A DNA stretch of 47,923 bases, from NCBI GenBank assembly GCA_964350565.1, contig CAYGKN010000001.1:1-47923 (forward strand), in the 5' to 3' direction. The number at the start of each line of letters is the position of its first letter. Positions within the stretch are counted from its first letter, which is position 1. The position numbers and the translations under genes were made by a program. The DNA comes from an uncultured Gammaproteobacteria bacterium (GTDB lineage: Bacteria; Pseudomonadota; Gammaproteobacteria; CAYGKN01). This document shows positions 21,955-32,800 of the stretch, one piece after another. The notes beneath the pieces are model-generated. The model saw only the letters and a program-made list of their open reading frames with translations. It did no database searches and was not told where the DNA came from.

Positions 21955-21983
21955 TTACAATATGTTACGTTAAAAAGCATAAT
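21955..21983 (+). promoter_or_regulatory. Candidate sigma70 promoter for the Tc toxin operon (TTACAA-17-CATAAT)
   Basis: Exact 17-bp spacer, about 50 nt upstream of the AGGAGG/GTG start region of the TcA gene. Confidence 0.35.
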
Positions 21984-22035
21984 TCCTTCCGCCTGCCCCA
22001 TTACAGGCGCAGAAATACTTTAAAAGGAGGTGCAC

Positions 22036-25000
22036 GTGCCCATTCTTAACCAATTTCTAAGTCAAAACCAGCAAATTACTTTTTCAGAGCTTTCTGCACC
22101 ACCAGAAATGAAGGAATTTAAAGACAGTGACTTTTTATGTGAGCATCAACCCACTTCCATTTTTTCATGGGGAAACTTGGATGAGCAGCAAAAAAAGACG
22201 ATTTATCGATTTTTATTTCTATTTACTCAGATTCAAGCATTTTACCCACGACAGGCAAATGCCCTAGATCTCTATGCTGAACAATTACACGAGTCTAAAA
22301 CGCCCACCAAATTACCATGGCCCTTACAGGGACTCTGGAAACAAGCCATCTGTTTCGAAAGCTCTTCTACGCTTAATATCGGCCCCAAAAAAGCAAAGGC
22401 CTTTTTGAAAAAGTTATTACATACACAAAATCAACACCCTCACTTGCAGGCACGCGCCTTCAATGGGGAACCGAAGTCTAAACGCAAATCCAAAAAAACT
22501 GTTTCTAAGCTAGATATCTCTGCTCCTATTCCTTATGCTGCTAGCAGTGCATTGGTACTGGAAAGTAAAGTTGCATTAGAATCATCCCCCGCCCCCACTG
22601 AAGGTATGGAAACCATTTTTGGATTACAAGACTATGCGCCAATCAGAGAAGATCAAAGTATGCTCAGTCCAGCGGCTTACTTTTTAGACTTGCTACGTAT
22701 AGCAGATAACCTGACTGTGGCAATTCAAAAACAAAAAACTATAGCCTTTCGCTTATTGGAGCGCCGCACTGATTTGTATCAGATCTCATTAAATCAAGAA
22801 TCCATAGATAAGCTTATTCCCACGTTACTCATTGTCAATCGCGCCCTCATTAAATTCTTGAATTTTGACTCGTTTACGAATAGCCAAATAGATCCTGATG
22901 CCGCCATAGAACAATACTTTAGAGACAGAGCAACACAACCCCATTTATTCCTCAACCCCATTTTCTTGCCTTGGGTAAAAATCCGATCTTGCTTTAAAAA
23001 TAATAAAAATTTCTCGTACAGCGAGTTAATTGAATCCACCTTCCCAAAAATGACAAACAATTATTTGACTGGAAGTATCAGCTCCGCACAGCAACGGCTG
23101 CTATGGCTAGGAGACACAGACATCAGTCCAGAAGATTTGCTAGCATTTCAATTATCTCAAGCAACCAGTAAACTGCTAGAGGACCGCTATAAAAAATTGA
23201 ATGTTGATGAAAAAAACTCCTCATCGGCACCAATAGCCAATCTGTTGAAACAATTTTCACTCAGCTATCCAGAATGGACAGACTTAATTATAAGACCACA
23301 AGCAGCTCAAATTTATCGAAATGCTTCAAAATTTTATGTTAATCATGATGGCAGCGGATTTCCGATGACTTTCACGCCAGGAGAAGATGATGAACTCATC
23401 ACACAGTTTAGCTTCGAAAAGTTTCAACGTATTGCCACTTTTACCAGTGCAGCTCAAAAACTCTCCTGGAGTTATGAAACCCTAGATCAAATAATTAAGC
23501 TGATGCCAGATGCATTTGATGCCTATACCATCGGAAAATTCCCTATGACTTTACTTTGCGCTATGGCTTCCTTACAAAAACGTCTGCAAATCGATGACCC
23601 TTTGATCCTGGCATTCCCTTTTGCAGACATCCGTTTAGCCAGTCCAGAAATGACGATGCTGGACTCCTGTTATTTTGATGAAAAATTCAATAATCAGGCT
23701 GAAGATATTACCTTATTTAATGAAGATTTAGGACAACGCTTGAAAAATTTACTGGCGAAGCTGCAAACTCCTGACTCCTGCAATTTGGATCCTGCTGATT
23801 TACAATTAGCCATTAAATTATGTGCGGCGTTTAACTTGGATTTAGATGCCCTGTACTACCTGGCAAAACCACTATTCTTCTCCTGGGGGAGATTAGATGC
23901 TGGATTTGTCTTTCCTGAAATATTATTCACAAGACTACAATGGCTGTCCATTGCCGCAAAAAGCTTGGTTCTCTCCTCTTTGGAATGCTTAGAAGTTTAT
24001 GGCTTCTTTTCTCGAATCACCGCAGATTTGCCTAACTCACCATCCTCAAACTCGGAAACACTGAACGATTACTACAACCGACTTGGAGAATCCTTCTTTT
24101 CATTTTCTGCAAGCACTATCGAAGCAGCAGAAACTTTGTATGCTCAGTTAGAGGCGTTTTTTGAGTATGCAGAGTCTTTAAAATCCTTAAACATAGATTT
24201 TTCAATATCAAGATTTCTTAGTCTTGGCATAGACTCTCAGCAAGCACTAGACCCAGCACTCGTTAAAGAAGTGCAAACCTCTCTACAGGAGATCAACACA
24301 CCACAGCAAGGTGAAGAAAAATTACTTGCAAAAGAAGTTGCAGCATCAAATCCAACCTTACAAGAACAGATGATCAACATCCTCAAGCAATCTTTTCAAC
24401 TCAATATAGATGTGCTTACAAAGTCATTTAATCAATTCTTTTCGAAACGGCCTGACATCGTGAAATTTTTAGAAAACGATGGAGAAACTTTGTCCTATCA
24501 AAGCCTTCAAGAAATTTACCGATTCTCAGACACCATCAAAAAACTAAACATCCCCTGCGATACACGCCCAGATCACCTAACCAGCGATGGGGTTTCTATG
24601 TTATTGCAAACCATTTCGAACCAGCAAACTCAAGATTCCCCAATTACGCTGTTTGTGGGAGATTTAATTGTGATAAAAAGAATTACTGAGTTGGCCGTGC
24701 AGTTGGGAGATAGTAACGGGAACATACTGGCCTGCTTAAAAGTGATATCTACTGAAAATTCAACGCCAGAAGCAGAAACTCAAGCACTAGATATACTGGC
24801 AAGTTTTTTATCCACTAATGTAGTCACACTCCAAGAATTATTTTCAGCATACGCCACAAGCACCCCACAGACCACTTTTATAGGAAAAGCAAGCTATTTT
24901 CTTGAAGCTTACACAACCATCCGTTTTATGCAAAAAATTCATAGTAATAATGTCAGTATGTTGCTGAAACACCGTCAAGCACTTGAAGATGTATACGCTT

Positions 25001-28000
25001 ATGATTATACAAAACCTCCTTCCACCCCCCCCACTGACGATTATTATGGTCACTATTCAGATAGCGCTGACGTCATTTTGTCATTTTTTTATCGACAACT
25101 ACCTGAAACTTACCGACAATCTTTTGGGGATATCCTGGAATTATCTCGAGATGCTCTCCTAAATGATGCCATCTCGACACTAGCCACTCCAGACCTGCCA
25201 CTATACAATGCTGAGGCCTGGTCTGATTATTTGCTTCAAGATGTATTGGTTTCTGGCTCTGAAGACACATCGATTGTTAACGAAGGCACTCAAGCTATAC
25301 GAGTATTTTTGCAGCGATGCCGACTCAACTTAGAAACAGCTTTTTATCTTTCTGGCATAAATGCCGACACAGTTAAAGAAGTGATCCCTGAATCTTGGTG
25401 GTCCTGGCTGGAGAACTATCGCGTTTGGCAAGCCAATCGCGAAGTGCTGTTATACCCTGAAAATTATTTAGATCCCCAGCTGCGCACTGATGCCTCTCCA
25501 GAATACCAGGAAATGATGAACGCCCTCAACAGCACACAAACGCTTGACAGTGCCAGTGTGCAGACCAATTTTGTGAACTATTTGGATAAATTGCAAACTC
25601 TTGCTCAATTAGTTCCAGTGGATATGTTTTTGGTTCCAGAAGATGGCATCTCTCCACAAAGTTACTTGATTGCCAGGACACAAGAATTCCCACACCAGTA
25701 TTACTGCCGTAAATTTTTTGGACCGACCATTGGAGAAAACCCTCATAAGCTTCGTCCATTCTCAAGCAATAACTATTGGCAGAAAATTGATGCCAATATT
25801 CCATCTCCCTTTATAAGCACTGTATATGCGTTTAATCGCCTCTTTATTTTTTGGGTAAAGACACGTTTTGATACACAACAATCTATAAAAGATGGAGAAG
25901 CGAGTTCGAACGTTCTTCCCGTGTTTTCTATCTACTATGTTTATCAAAAAAACTCCAAAACCTGGTCTCCTCAACAAACTCTAATTGAAGAAAGCTCTTA
26001 TAAGACAAACCTCTACCTCAGTTCTCCCGATAAATTTAATGGGGTTTCTGTTCCAAGGGGTAGTGATGATTATATCACCTATAGCCTCTACACTGTTCAA
26101 GCATTATATGAACCAAGAAAGAAACTGATTAACATAGAATACAATCCCATTGATTCTTTTTATGCAAAACCATCGTTTCCTGTTAGGATTGGCTATAAAT
26201 CTTCAATCATTTTAAACTGGCAAATTAAAGAGGATTTATCTGTATCCTTTGTGAATTTTGATCAAAATCTCACATTTTCCCCTATCGCCCCTTTAATAAA
26301 TTATTCTTCCTCCCTATTTATTAAAGTAGATGCAGGTCTATGGGGAAATTATTGGCAAAAATATTATGATGCCAAAAATCCATTGGGAATTAAAAATGGT
26401 GATAAAGATCCGCTCATTTATTACAGTCGAAAGCCTAAGGTGATTAGCATGGCCAATAGTTATGTGATGGACAATCATGCAGATGAGAAAAAAATCAATA
26501 CACAAATAGGATTAAATATTCTAAAACCGCGCATCGACACCGATATTCCCAGTGCTGGCTCTGAACCCAAATGGATGGAAATGAATCAGGCAGTTCTGAT
26601 TCTACCTCAAGATACTTTATTTGTAGATGTCATCAACGCAAAAGAGGCTGCAGTAGATAGCGGGAGAGATTTTCTGGCCAACTATAGTGGGGCTGTTTAT
26701 TTAGGAGGTTTATCTCTTCTTGTTTTACCTAGAACTCCGCTAACCCTTCTGGCTGACAACATACCTGATTACAAAAGTGATTTCTCTGATTCTTCTTTTT
26801 ATAGACAAGCTTATGTGGTGACCCCCATTAATTCTGATGCCATTCCTTCCTTATTAAATCTAGCAGAGACCAACAGTATAGATGCGCTATACCAACAAGT
26901 CACCTTAAGTCCTTCTTTAGCACAACCACCGATTGGTCCTGCAGTAGAAAATAATTTTCTTGAACAGTTTGATTATATGACACCATTGTACACAGTGGGG
27001 ACAGGAAATAATGAAGTGAAATGTGACAATCCCATTGACGGCCTCAATCCCATTCCTGAAGCAAATGATCCCAGACGGGGAAGTACCAGCTATCTCAACC
27101 TTGATTTACCCCCTTACCGTTTAGATTCGATGACGAGCAGCGGTGGTGATTTTTCAGGTGCTCTTTATCTGAAAGACCACCTTCAAGGCAATTCTGAAAA
27201 GCTTCCGATTAACTATGCCAGTGGCTTTGCTTCCTATTATTGGGAGTTATTCTTTCACTTGCCATTACTATTATCAAAATTGCACTGTCAACAGAAAAAT
27301 TTTAAAGAGGCTCGCTCCTGGATTCATCGAGTATACAACCCCATCAATCCGATCACGCTTCCTGCCTTTGCTGCACTCAAAGAAGAAAAAGTCACACCCT
27401 TTTTATTTCCTCCTTTGAATGCCGATCCAACAGAAAATCTGGAACAATATCTGAGTGACAAAGATGTACTTGACATCTATCATAACCACAGCTTTGAACC
27501 CTTCAGATTGGCTGAAGTGCACATCACTGCCTTTCAAAAATATGTGGTCACTCAATACATTAAATTGTTGCTTGCTTGGGGGGATTCTCTCTTCTCGCAA
27601 AATACTCGGGAGGGCATTGCTAGTGCAATGATTCAGTATCGATTGGCCGATGAGTTACTTGGACCTAAACCCCACCCGGTAATCTCGACTACAGATGAGC
27701 CCATCTTCCTCAATATATTGATGCTTGACACGCTCCCCACTCCACCTGCCCCTCCAGAGTTGCTATTAGTTCTCACTGCTGATATTGATTGGCATTTATT
27801 GGGTACCGATGGCAACGGAAACACCGTGAATGGCACCTTAAGCGATCTCATTGGGACAAGCACTGCACCTGGCCTCTATCCAGAGCTATCCGCGCTCAAT
27901 GATTTCATCACTCACCTCTGCGGTAATGGTATTCAGGGTTACAGTGATGTTCAACTCTTGCAGCAACGTAAGCCTTTACAGGAGCGCGCACTGGCTCTAC

Positions 28001-29898
28001 TAAAAACAGGGTTAAACATCGTCGACCGTACATTTACGACAGCACAGTTGCTTCACCTCAATCCCAACAGGAATCCCTCTGAAGATGATGACGAAGTCAT
28101 CATCCCTATCCCCGGTCAAAAACCAGCGCAACCTTCATATCCTTACAATTACATTACTGGCACCTACTTTAAAGTACCTGCCAATCGTCAATTGACCCGG
28201 TTATGGGATGAGGTCGCTGATAGACTTTATAAAGTTCGTCACGGCTTGAGTATTTTGGGGCAATCTCAACAACTGCCACTCTTGTCTGCACCTATTTCTC
28301 CCAAAGATTTAGTGAGCAATAAAGCGCAAGGCGGTATAGGAAATGCTGTTTCCATGCTGTCCGCTTATCGCTTTGAGGTACTCATTAATTACGCCAAAGA
28401 ATTTACTTCAGATTTATCAGCCTTAAATTCTCGATTGCTCTCTACACTGGAAAATCAAGATGCCAGCCAATTGGCTAACTTGCAGGCTGAATATCAAATT
28501 ACTGCCAGTGCCTGGTCAAGCAATTTAACTCAAATGGAAATTGACGCGTTGAATACGGAATCCAAATCATTGAGCATACAGCTGGAGAATGCACACAGCC
28601 AAGTAGACTACTATAATAGTTTATTGAAGGATGGGTTAAATTCTCAAGAAAGGGATTCTTTGAGTCTCACGAAATCTAGTCTAGCTTTTATGAGTCTTGG
28701 TGTAGTGGCAAGCACTGTGGCAGCTGTTGCGGCTGCAGCTCCTGAAGTCAATGCCCCTTGGTCAGTAAGTTTTGGTGGAAAAGAGCTTTCCGCTGTAGCC
28801 GGCTTCACTGCATCCACCAGTCAATCTGTCGCTCAAATTTTACAGACTGGAGCGGGATTGGCCAGTCAAATTGGGATGAATAGGCGTCGTGAACAAGAGT
28901 GGAAAAATCAACTCAGCATCATGAACTCTCAAGTTGAAGAATTACAAATCAGACAGGAATCTCTCAACAATCAACGCCAATTGCTCACTGAGCGACAAGC
29001 GATGCAAAAAGCCGACGAAGCCTTCCAGAAAAAAGTATTGGCTTTTTATCAGAATCGATTCACCTCCCTGCAACTTTACCATTGGATGAGTAATGAATTA
29101 TTAAAGCATGCTCAATCAGCATTTGCAGTGGCGAAATCGTTTGCTTATTATGCCGAACAGGCTAAAAATAGAGAAATTTCCTTATTAAGCAGCAACCCCA
29201 CTGCCAGTATAGTGCAGGGGATTTCTTGGGACTCGTCCAACAATGGATTGACATCCAGTGAGGTTTTGAAATCGGCCCTTAGGAGCATTGAACATGATTA
29301 TGTCTCTAAAAATAATCGCCTTTTGATTTCGAGACAGTCAATTTCTTTAGCAAAAGACTGTAACGTTACTGCCGAAGATTTTTCTAAACTAGCCACGAAT
29401 GCAATTACTACAGAGAAATTGACAATTACCTCATCTGAGTCTCAACTCACTAGCCTTACTGTGGACATTCTTGGACTTTCCAATCCCTTCCAGAATTATG
29501 CGTTAAGGCTCTCACTCTCAGAGGCAGAGGCTTCATCAGCTTGGGGGTTAACTCAAATGTCTATCAGTGCCGGGCGAAGTGAAACAGGAGTGATGAAAAT
29601 GCAAGATGACACACGACGCTATCTGCCTTTTGAGGGATTGTCTCTAGATAAAGAATATAAATGGACACTCGAGCATGACCCCATTGTCAACCCTAAGTAC
29701 AGCAAGGTAGATTATAGTAAAATTAAGGATGTGGTTCTCACTTTTGAATTTGCGCACCCTGCCTCTACTCAGAAGGCTTCCGTGAGACCCTCAGTTGCTT
29801 CCAACTTTTTTACTGGCTCACGGCGACCTCCGGCAGCATCCAGCACTCCCCCTGCTGCTGATGCTTCCTCCCTTGAAATGAAAACACCAGGAGTCTGA
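22036..29898 (+). CDS. Tc (ABC) toxin complex subunit A, TcA/TcdA-like pore-forming and translocation subunit
   Basis: About 2620 aa. VRP1-like motif SPAAYFLDLLR. Signature ASYYWELFFHLPLLLSKLHCQQKNFKEARSWIHRVYNP. Ala/Gly-rich hydrophobic channel-tip segment GVVASTVAAVAAAAPEV...GAGLASQIG followed by a long coiled coil. LQLYHWMSNELL near the C-terminus. The track start at 22030 (GTG) overlaps the AGGAGG; the GTG at 22036, 5 nt after the SD, is more plausible. Confidence 0.88.
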   Translation: MPILNQFLSQNQQITFSELSAPPEMKEFKDSDFLCEHQPTSIFSWGNLDEQQKKTIYRFLFLFTQIQAFYPRQANALDLYAEQLHESKTPTKLPWPLQGLWKQAICFESSSTLNIGPKKAKAFLKKLLHTQNQHPHLQARAFNGEPKSKRKSKKTVSKLDISAPIPYAASSALVLESKVALESSPAPTEGMETIFGLQDYAPIREDQSMLSPAAYFLDLLRIADNLTVAIQKQKTIAFRLLERRTDLYQISLNQESIDKLIPTLLIVNRALIKFLNFDSFTNSQIDPDAAIEQYFRDRATQPHLFLNPIFLPWVKIRSCFKNNKNFSYSELIESTFPKMTNNYLTGSISSAQQRLLWLGDTDISPEDLLAFQLSQATSKLLEDRYKKLNVDEKNSSSAPIANLLKQFSLSYPEWTDLIIRPQAAQIYRNASKFYVNHDGSGFPMTFTPGEDDELITQFSFEKFQRIATFTSAAQKLSWSYETLDQIIKLMPDAFDAYTIGKFPMTLLCAMASLQKRLQIDDPLILAFPFADIRLASPEMTMLDSCYFDEKFNNQAEDITLFNEDLGQRLKNLLAKLQTPDSCNLDPADLQLAIKLCAAFNLDLDALYYLAKPLFFSWGRLDAGFVFPEILFTRLQWLSIAAKSLVLSSLECLEVYGFFSRITADLPNSPSSNSETLNDYYNRLGESFFSFSASTIEAAETLYAQLEAFFEYAESLKSLNIDFSISRFLSLGIDSQQALDPALVKEVQTSLQEINTPQQGEEKLLAKEVAASNPTLQEQMINILKQSFQLNIDVLTKSFNQFFSKRPDIVKFLENDGETLSYQSLQEIYRFSDTIKKLNIPCDTRPDHLTSDGVSMLLQTISNQQTQDSPITLFVGDLIVIKRITELAVQLGDSNGNILACLKVISTENSTPEAETQALDILASFLSTNVVTLQELFSAYATSTPQTTFIGKASYFLEAYTTIRFMQKIHSNNVSMLLKHRQALEDVYAYDYTKPPSTPPTDDYYGHYSDSADVILSFFYRQLPETYRQSFGDILELSRDALLNDAISTLATPDLPLYNAEAWSDYLLQDVLVSGSEDTSIVNEGTQAIRVFLQRCRLNLETAFYLSGINADTVKEVIPESWWSWLENYRVWQANREVLLYPENYLDPQLRTDASPEYQEMMNALNSTQTLDSASVQTNFVNYLDKLQTLAQLVPVDMFLVPEDGISPQSYLIARTQEFPHQYYCRKFFGPTIGENPHKLRPFSSNNYWQKIDANIPSPFISTVYAFNRLFIFWVKTRFDTQQSIKDGEASSNVLPVFSIYYVYQKNSKTWSPQQTLIEESSYKTNLYLSSPDKFNGVSVPRGSDDYITYSLYTVQALYEPRKKLINIEYNPIDSFYAKPSFPVRIGYKSSIILNWQIKEDLSVSFVNFDQNLTFSPIAPLINYSSSLFIKVDAGLWGNYWQKYYDAKNPLGIKNGDKDPLIYYSRKPKVISMANSYVMDNHADEKKINTQIGLNILKPRIDTDIPSAGSEPKWMEMNQAVLILPQDTLFVDVINAKEAAVDSGRDFLANYSGAVYLGGLSLLVLPRTPLTLLADNIPDYKSDFSDSSFYRQAYVVTPINSDAIPSLLNLAETNSIDALYQQVTLSPSLAQPPIGPAVENNFLEQFDYMTPLYTVGTGNNEVKCDNPIDGLNPIPEANDPRRGSTSYLNLDLPPYRLDSMTSSGGDFSGALYLKDHLQGNSEKLPINYASGFASYYWELFFHLPLLLSKLHCQQKNFKEARSWIHRVYNPINPITLPAFAALKEEKVTPFLFPPLNADPTENLEQYLSDKDVLDIYHNHSFEPFRLAEVHITAFQKYVVTQYIKLLLAWGDSLFSQNTREGIASAMIQYRLADELLGPKPHPVISTTDEPIFLNILMLDTLPTPPAPPELLLVLTADIDWHLLGTDGNGNTVNGTLSDLIGTSTAPGLYPELSALNDFITHLCGNGIQGYSDVQLLQQRKPLQERALALLKTGLNIVDRTFTTAQLLHLNPNRNPSEDDDEVIIPIPGQKPAQPSYPYNYITGTYFKVPANRQLTRLWDEVADRLYKVRHGLSILGQSQQLPLLSAPISPKDLVSNKAQGGIGNAVSMLSAYRFEVLINYAKEFTSDLSALNSRLLSTLENQDASQLANLQAEYQITASAWSSNLTQMEIDALNTESKSLSIQLENAHSQVDYYNSLLKDGLNSQERDSLSLTKSSLAFMSLGVVASTVAAVAAAAPEVNAPWSVSFGGKELSAVAGFTASTSQSVAQILQTGAGLASQIGMNRRREQEWKNQLSIMNSQVEELQIRQESLNNQRQLLTERQAMQKADEAFQKKVLAFYQNRFTSLQLYHWMSNELLKHAQSAFAVAKSFAYYAEQAKNREISLLSSNPTASIVQGISWDSSNNGLTSSEVLKSALRSIEHDYVSKNNRLLISRQSISLAKDCNVTAEDFSKLATNAITTEKLTITSSESQLTSLTVDILGLSNPFQNYALRLSLSEAEASSAWGLTQMSISAGRSETGVMKMQDDTRRYLPFEGLSLDKEYKWTLEHDPIVNPKYSKVDYSKIKDVVLTFEFAHPASTQKASVRPSVASNFFTGSRRPPAASSTPPAADASSLEMKTPGV

Positions 29899-29899
29899 T

Positions 29900-32800
29900 A
29901 TGTCTTCTCCTTTGAGAGATAGCTCAGGCTCTATCCCCAACCTGTTTCTCTATCCCTTACATTTTACGCAAGCGCGGGCCCTTACCCCTACCCTAGCCTT
30001 AATTTATGCGACTTCAAGCGCCACAACTCTCTGGGGAAGAGGATTTGAGATCAATGCCACGGTATACATTCAAAGAAACATCGTGTTTGGTTGTGCTAAT
30101 TATACCGATCCACCTTCCTCCTTCAAAGAAGGGTTTGTTCACAGTGAATATGGGGAATTGATCGCTATGCCCAATGGCGATCGTAACAAAACGGCAACTC
30201 TTGATGGCATTGATTATGCCATCTCCTATTATCAACCCAGAAGTGCTCATCAACCACTCACCATTGAATATTGGCAATCCAAGGATCAAGGAGGCTTTTG
30301 GCTGGTTCGCAATCAGCAAGGTTTGGTATATTGCTTTGGCGATCCTGCTGATGAAAAAAATACCACCGTGGCAGTTGTCCAAAATCCCTCAAACCCCACT
30401 CAAACTTTTCAGTGGAACCTTCGAGAAGTTCTGGATGCGGCTGGCAATAAAATTCGCTATGAATACAGCAGCGATGCTGATTTTCCCAATGCACCTTATC
30501 CGAATCCCTACTTATCTCCACAACGCATTTCATATGGAAATTATTTCGATAAGAACCAGACTCAACAATATGCTTTCTCTATAGACTTTTGCTATGCCCC
30601 CCCTGATTCCAACACTGAAACCTATACTCCACCTCCCCCGCAATGGCGAAAAGATATTTCCTTGGACTATCGCGCAGGCTTTTTATTAGCAACACAACGT
30701 TTGTGTTATCGAGTAGAGCTTCGACATCACTTTTTAGAAGAAGCTATCCCTAATGTCTTAGTCCATTACTGGGATTTTTCCTATACGGACACGGATGGCC
30801 TGACTCGTCTTGATCAGATTACCTCTATAGGGCGTTGTATCAACCTGAAAGGAGAACAACTATTAGAAAAAGAACCTGTGATTTCTTTTTCTTATACTCC
30901 CTTCTTTACTCAAGGGGAGGATAAAAAAAATGAACCCCCTCAGTTCACACCACTGGTATTTCCTGAAAACGCAGCCTCTCCAGGGATGAATTATCAATTT
31001 GTTGATTTGTATCAGGAAGGGCTTCCAGGTCTATTGAGCATACAAGAACAGATCCCGTTATTTTGGCGTAACAAAGGTTTTGGAGGATTTTCAACTCCAA
31101 CCATTCTACCTGACTTTCCCCAACAACTGGATTTAAGTGTGGACAACCTTCTCATCCCTCTTGGGGATGGCTTACCATTACATTTACTCAATCGGAGCAA
31201 CGATACTCAAGGGCAGTATATATTGCGCTCTAACCCCACGCTCCAACAATTTTCTTGGGAGAATTGGCAACCATCCAACGCACCTGTTGAAGAAGAGATT
31301 GAATGGGTAGATGTCAGTGGGCGTGGCTATCCTGATGCCATCTGCTGGCAAACAGACACCCCTTATTTCTACCCCAATGTAGGAGAAAAAGGGTTTCTTG
31401 ACTCCAAAGATTTGTGCTTCCCTTCATCAGATACCTCACCAAATCCCGAAGGATCCTCTGATCAATGGAGTTTTAGAGATTTTACCCCTTTATTTGGAGA
31501 TGGTTTACTCCATCGTGTGGTCATTGAGGAGGATACATTTACAGTTTGGCCCAACATCGGCAATGGAAATTTTGCCTCTCCACTACAATGGAAATTGCCT
31601 GCTTATCAAGGCGTATTTAATCCTTCTCGCATTCGCCTGGCCGATGTCACTGGCACTGGCACCACAGATTTACTGTATCTCTACTCAGACAGGGTCGATA
31701 TTTATCTGAATACCGGAAGTGGTTTTTCTTCATCCCCCCACTCTGTGTCTTTTCCTACCCCCATGACTGACTCTGATCGTTTTCAGATTGTAGATGTACT
31801 GGGAAATGGGAACGCAAACTTTTGGTTAACACAACTGGATGTCAATGCCATACAACACCAATATGCACAACTATCCCCTTGCAAAGCGTTTTTACTAGAA
31901 AGTATCAACAACACCAATGGGATGAGGCTTGAGTTTACTTACCAAAGCTCTATGAAAAATTATTTATCTACACAGATCTCAGGCAAACTCCCTTACCCCG
32001 TTTTACCATTCCCCATGACTGTGGTCGGCTCCATCACAGAAATAGACCATATCACTAAATCGACTCATACACAATCCTATGAATTTTATGGAGCAAACTA
32101 TGATCCCACCAACCGAAAATTTTGTGGTTTTTCTTATGTCGAAATCACCAATACCCAAGATGATGGAAAAGCAGTAGCTCCACAACTCACCAAGCGTTGG
32201 TTTTGTTCGGGGATTGCCGAAAACAATCAAACACTCAACAGTCAAGGATCGCTATACAATTCGTGTTACTACTCTCTAGGAAATACCATTCCTTTGAATA
32301 TTTTTTTTGCCTCCCCAGATCAAAAAATTTCTGCAGAGCTCGAGAAACAAGCGCTATTGGCTTTGAACAATCAATGCTTGCGGGAAGAAATTTATGCTGT
32401 TGCGCAAAAGCAGCCTTTGCAAGTGGAGCAAACCAGTTTTTCTATTTTCCTCAACAGCAATGAGAATAGTGAAGGCGCTTTTATCATTGCTTCTGCTGAT
32501 CAGGTCAATGATGAAGTCGACGAACAAGCTGAATCTCGGATCACCCGATCAATGGTTTTGGAATGGGATGAAGACTGCCATCCCACTCAAACCTTAAAGA
32601 TTGCCTATGGTCGAGCCCATCCTCCGGCTGATTTATTAAACGCTCTTGACGCTAAGCTTTCTATAACAGGGAGCGCACGCGAACGTATCCTCTCTGAGCA
32701 AACTCCAAACTTTGCACTTTTTCAAAAAGAACAACATTTCCAAAAAACTGCACAAGAGACTCAAAGTCCATTGGCTACTTTTGTTTTTTCTCCTGTACTC

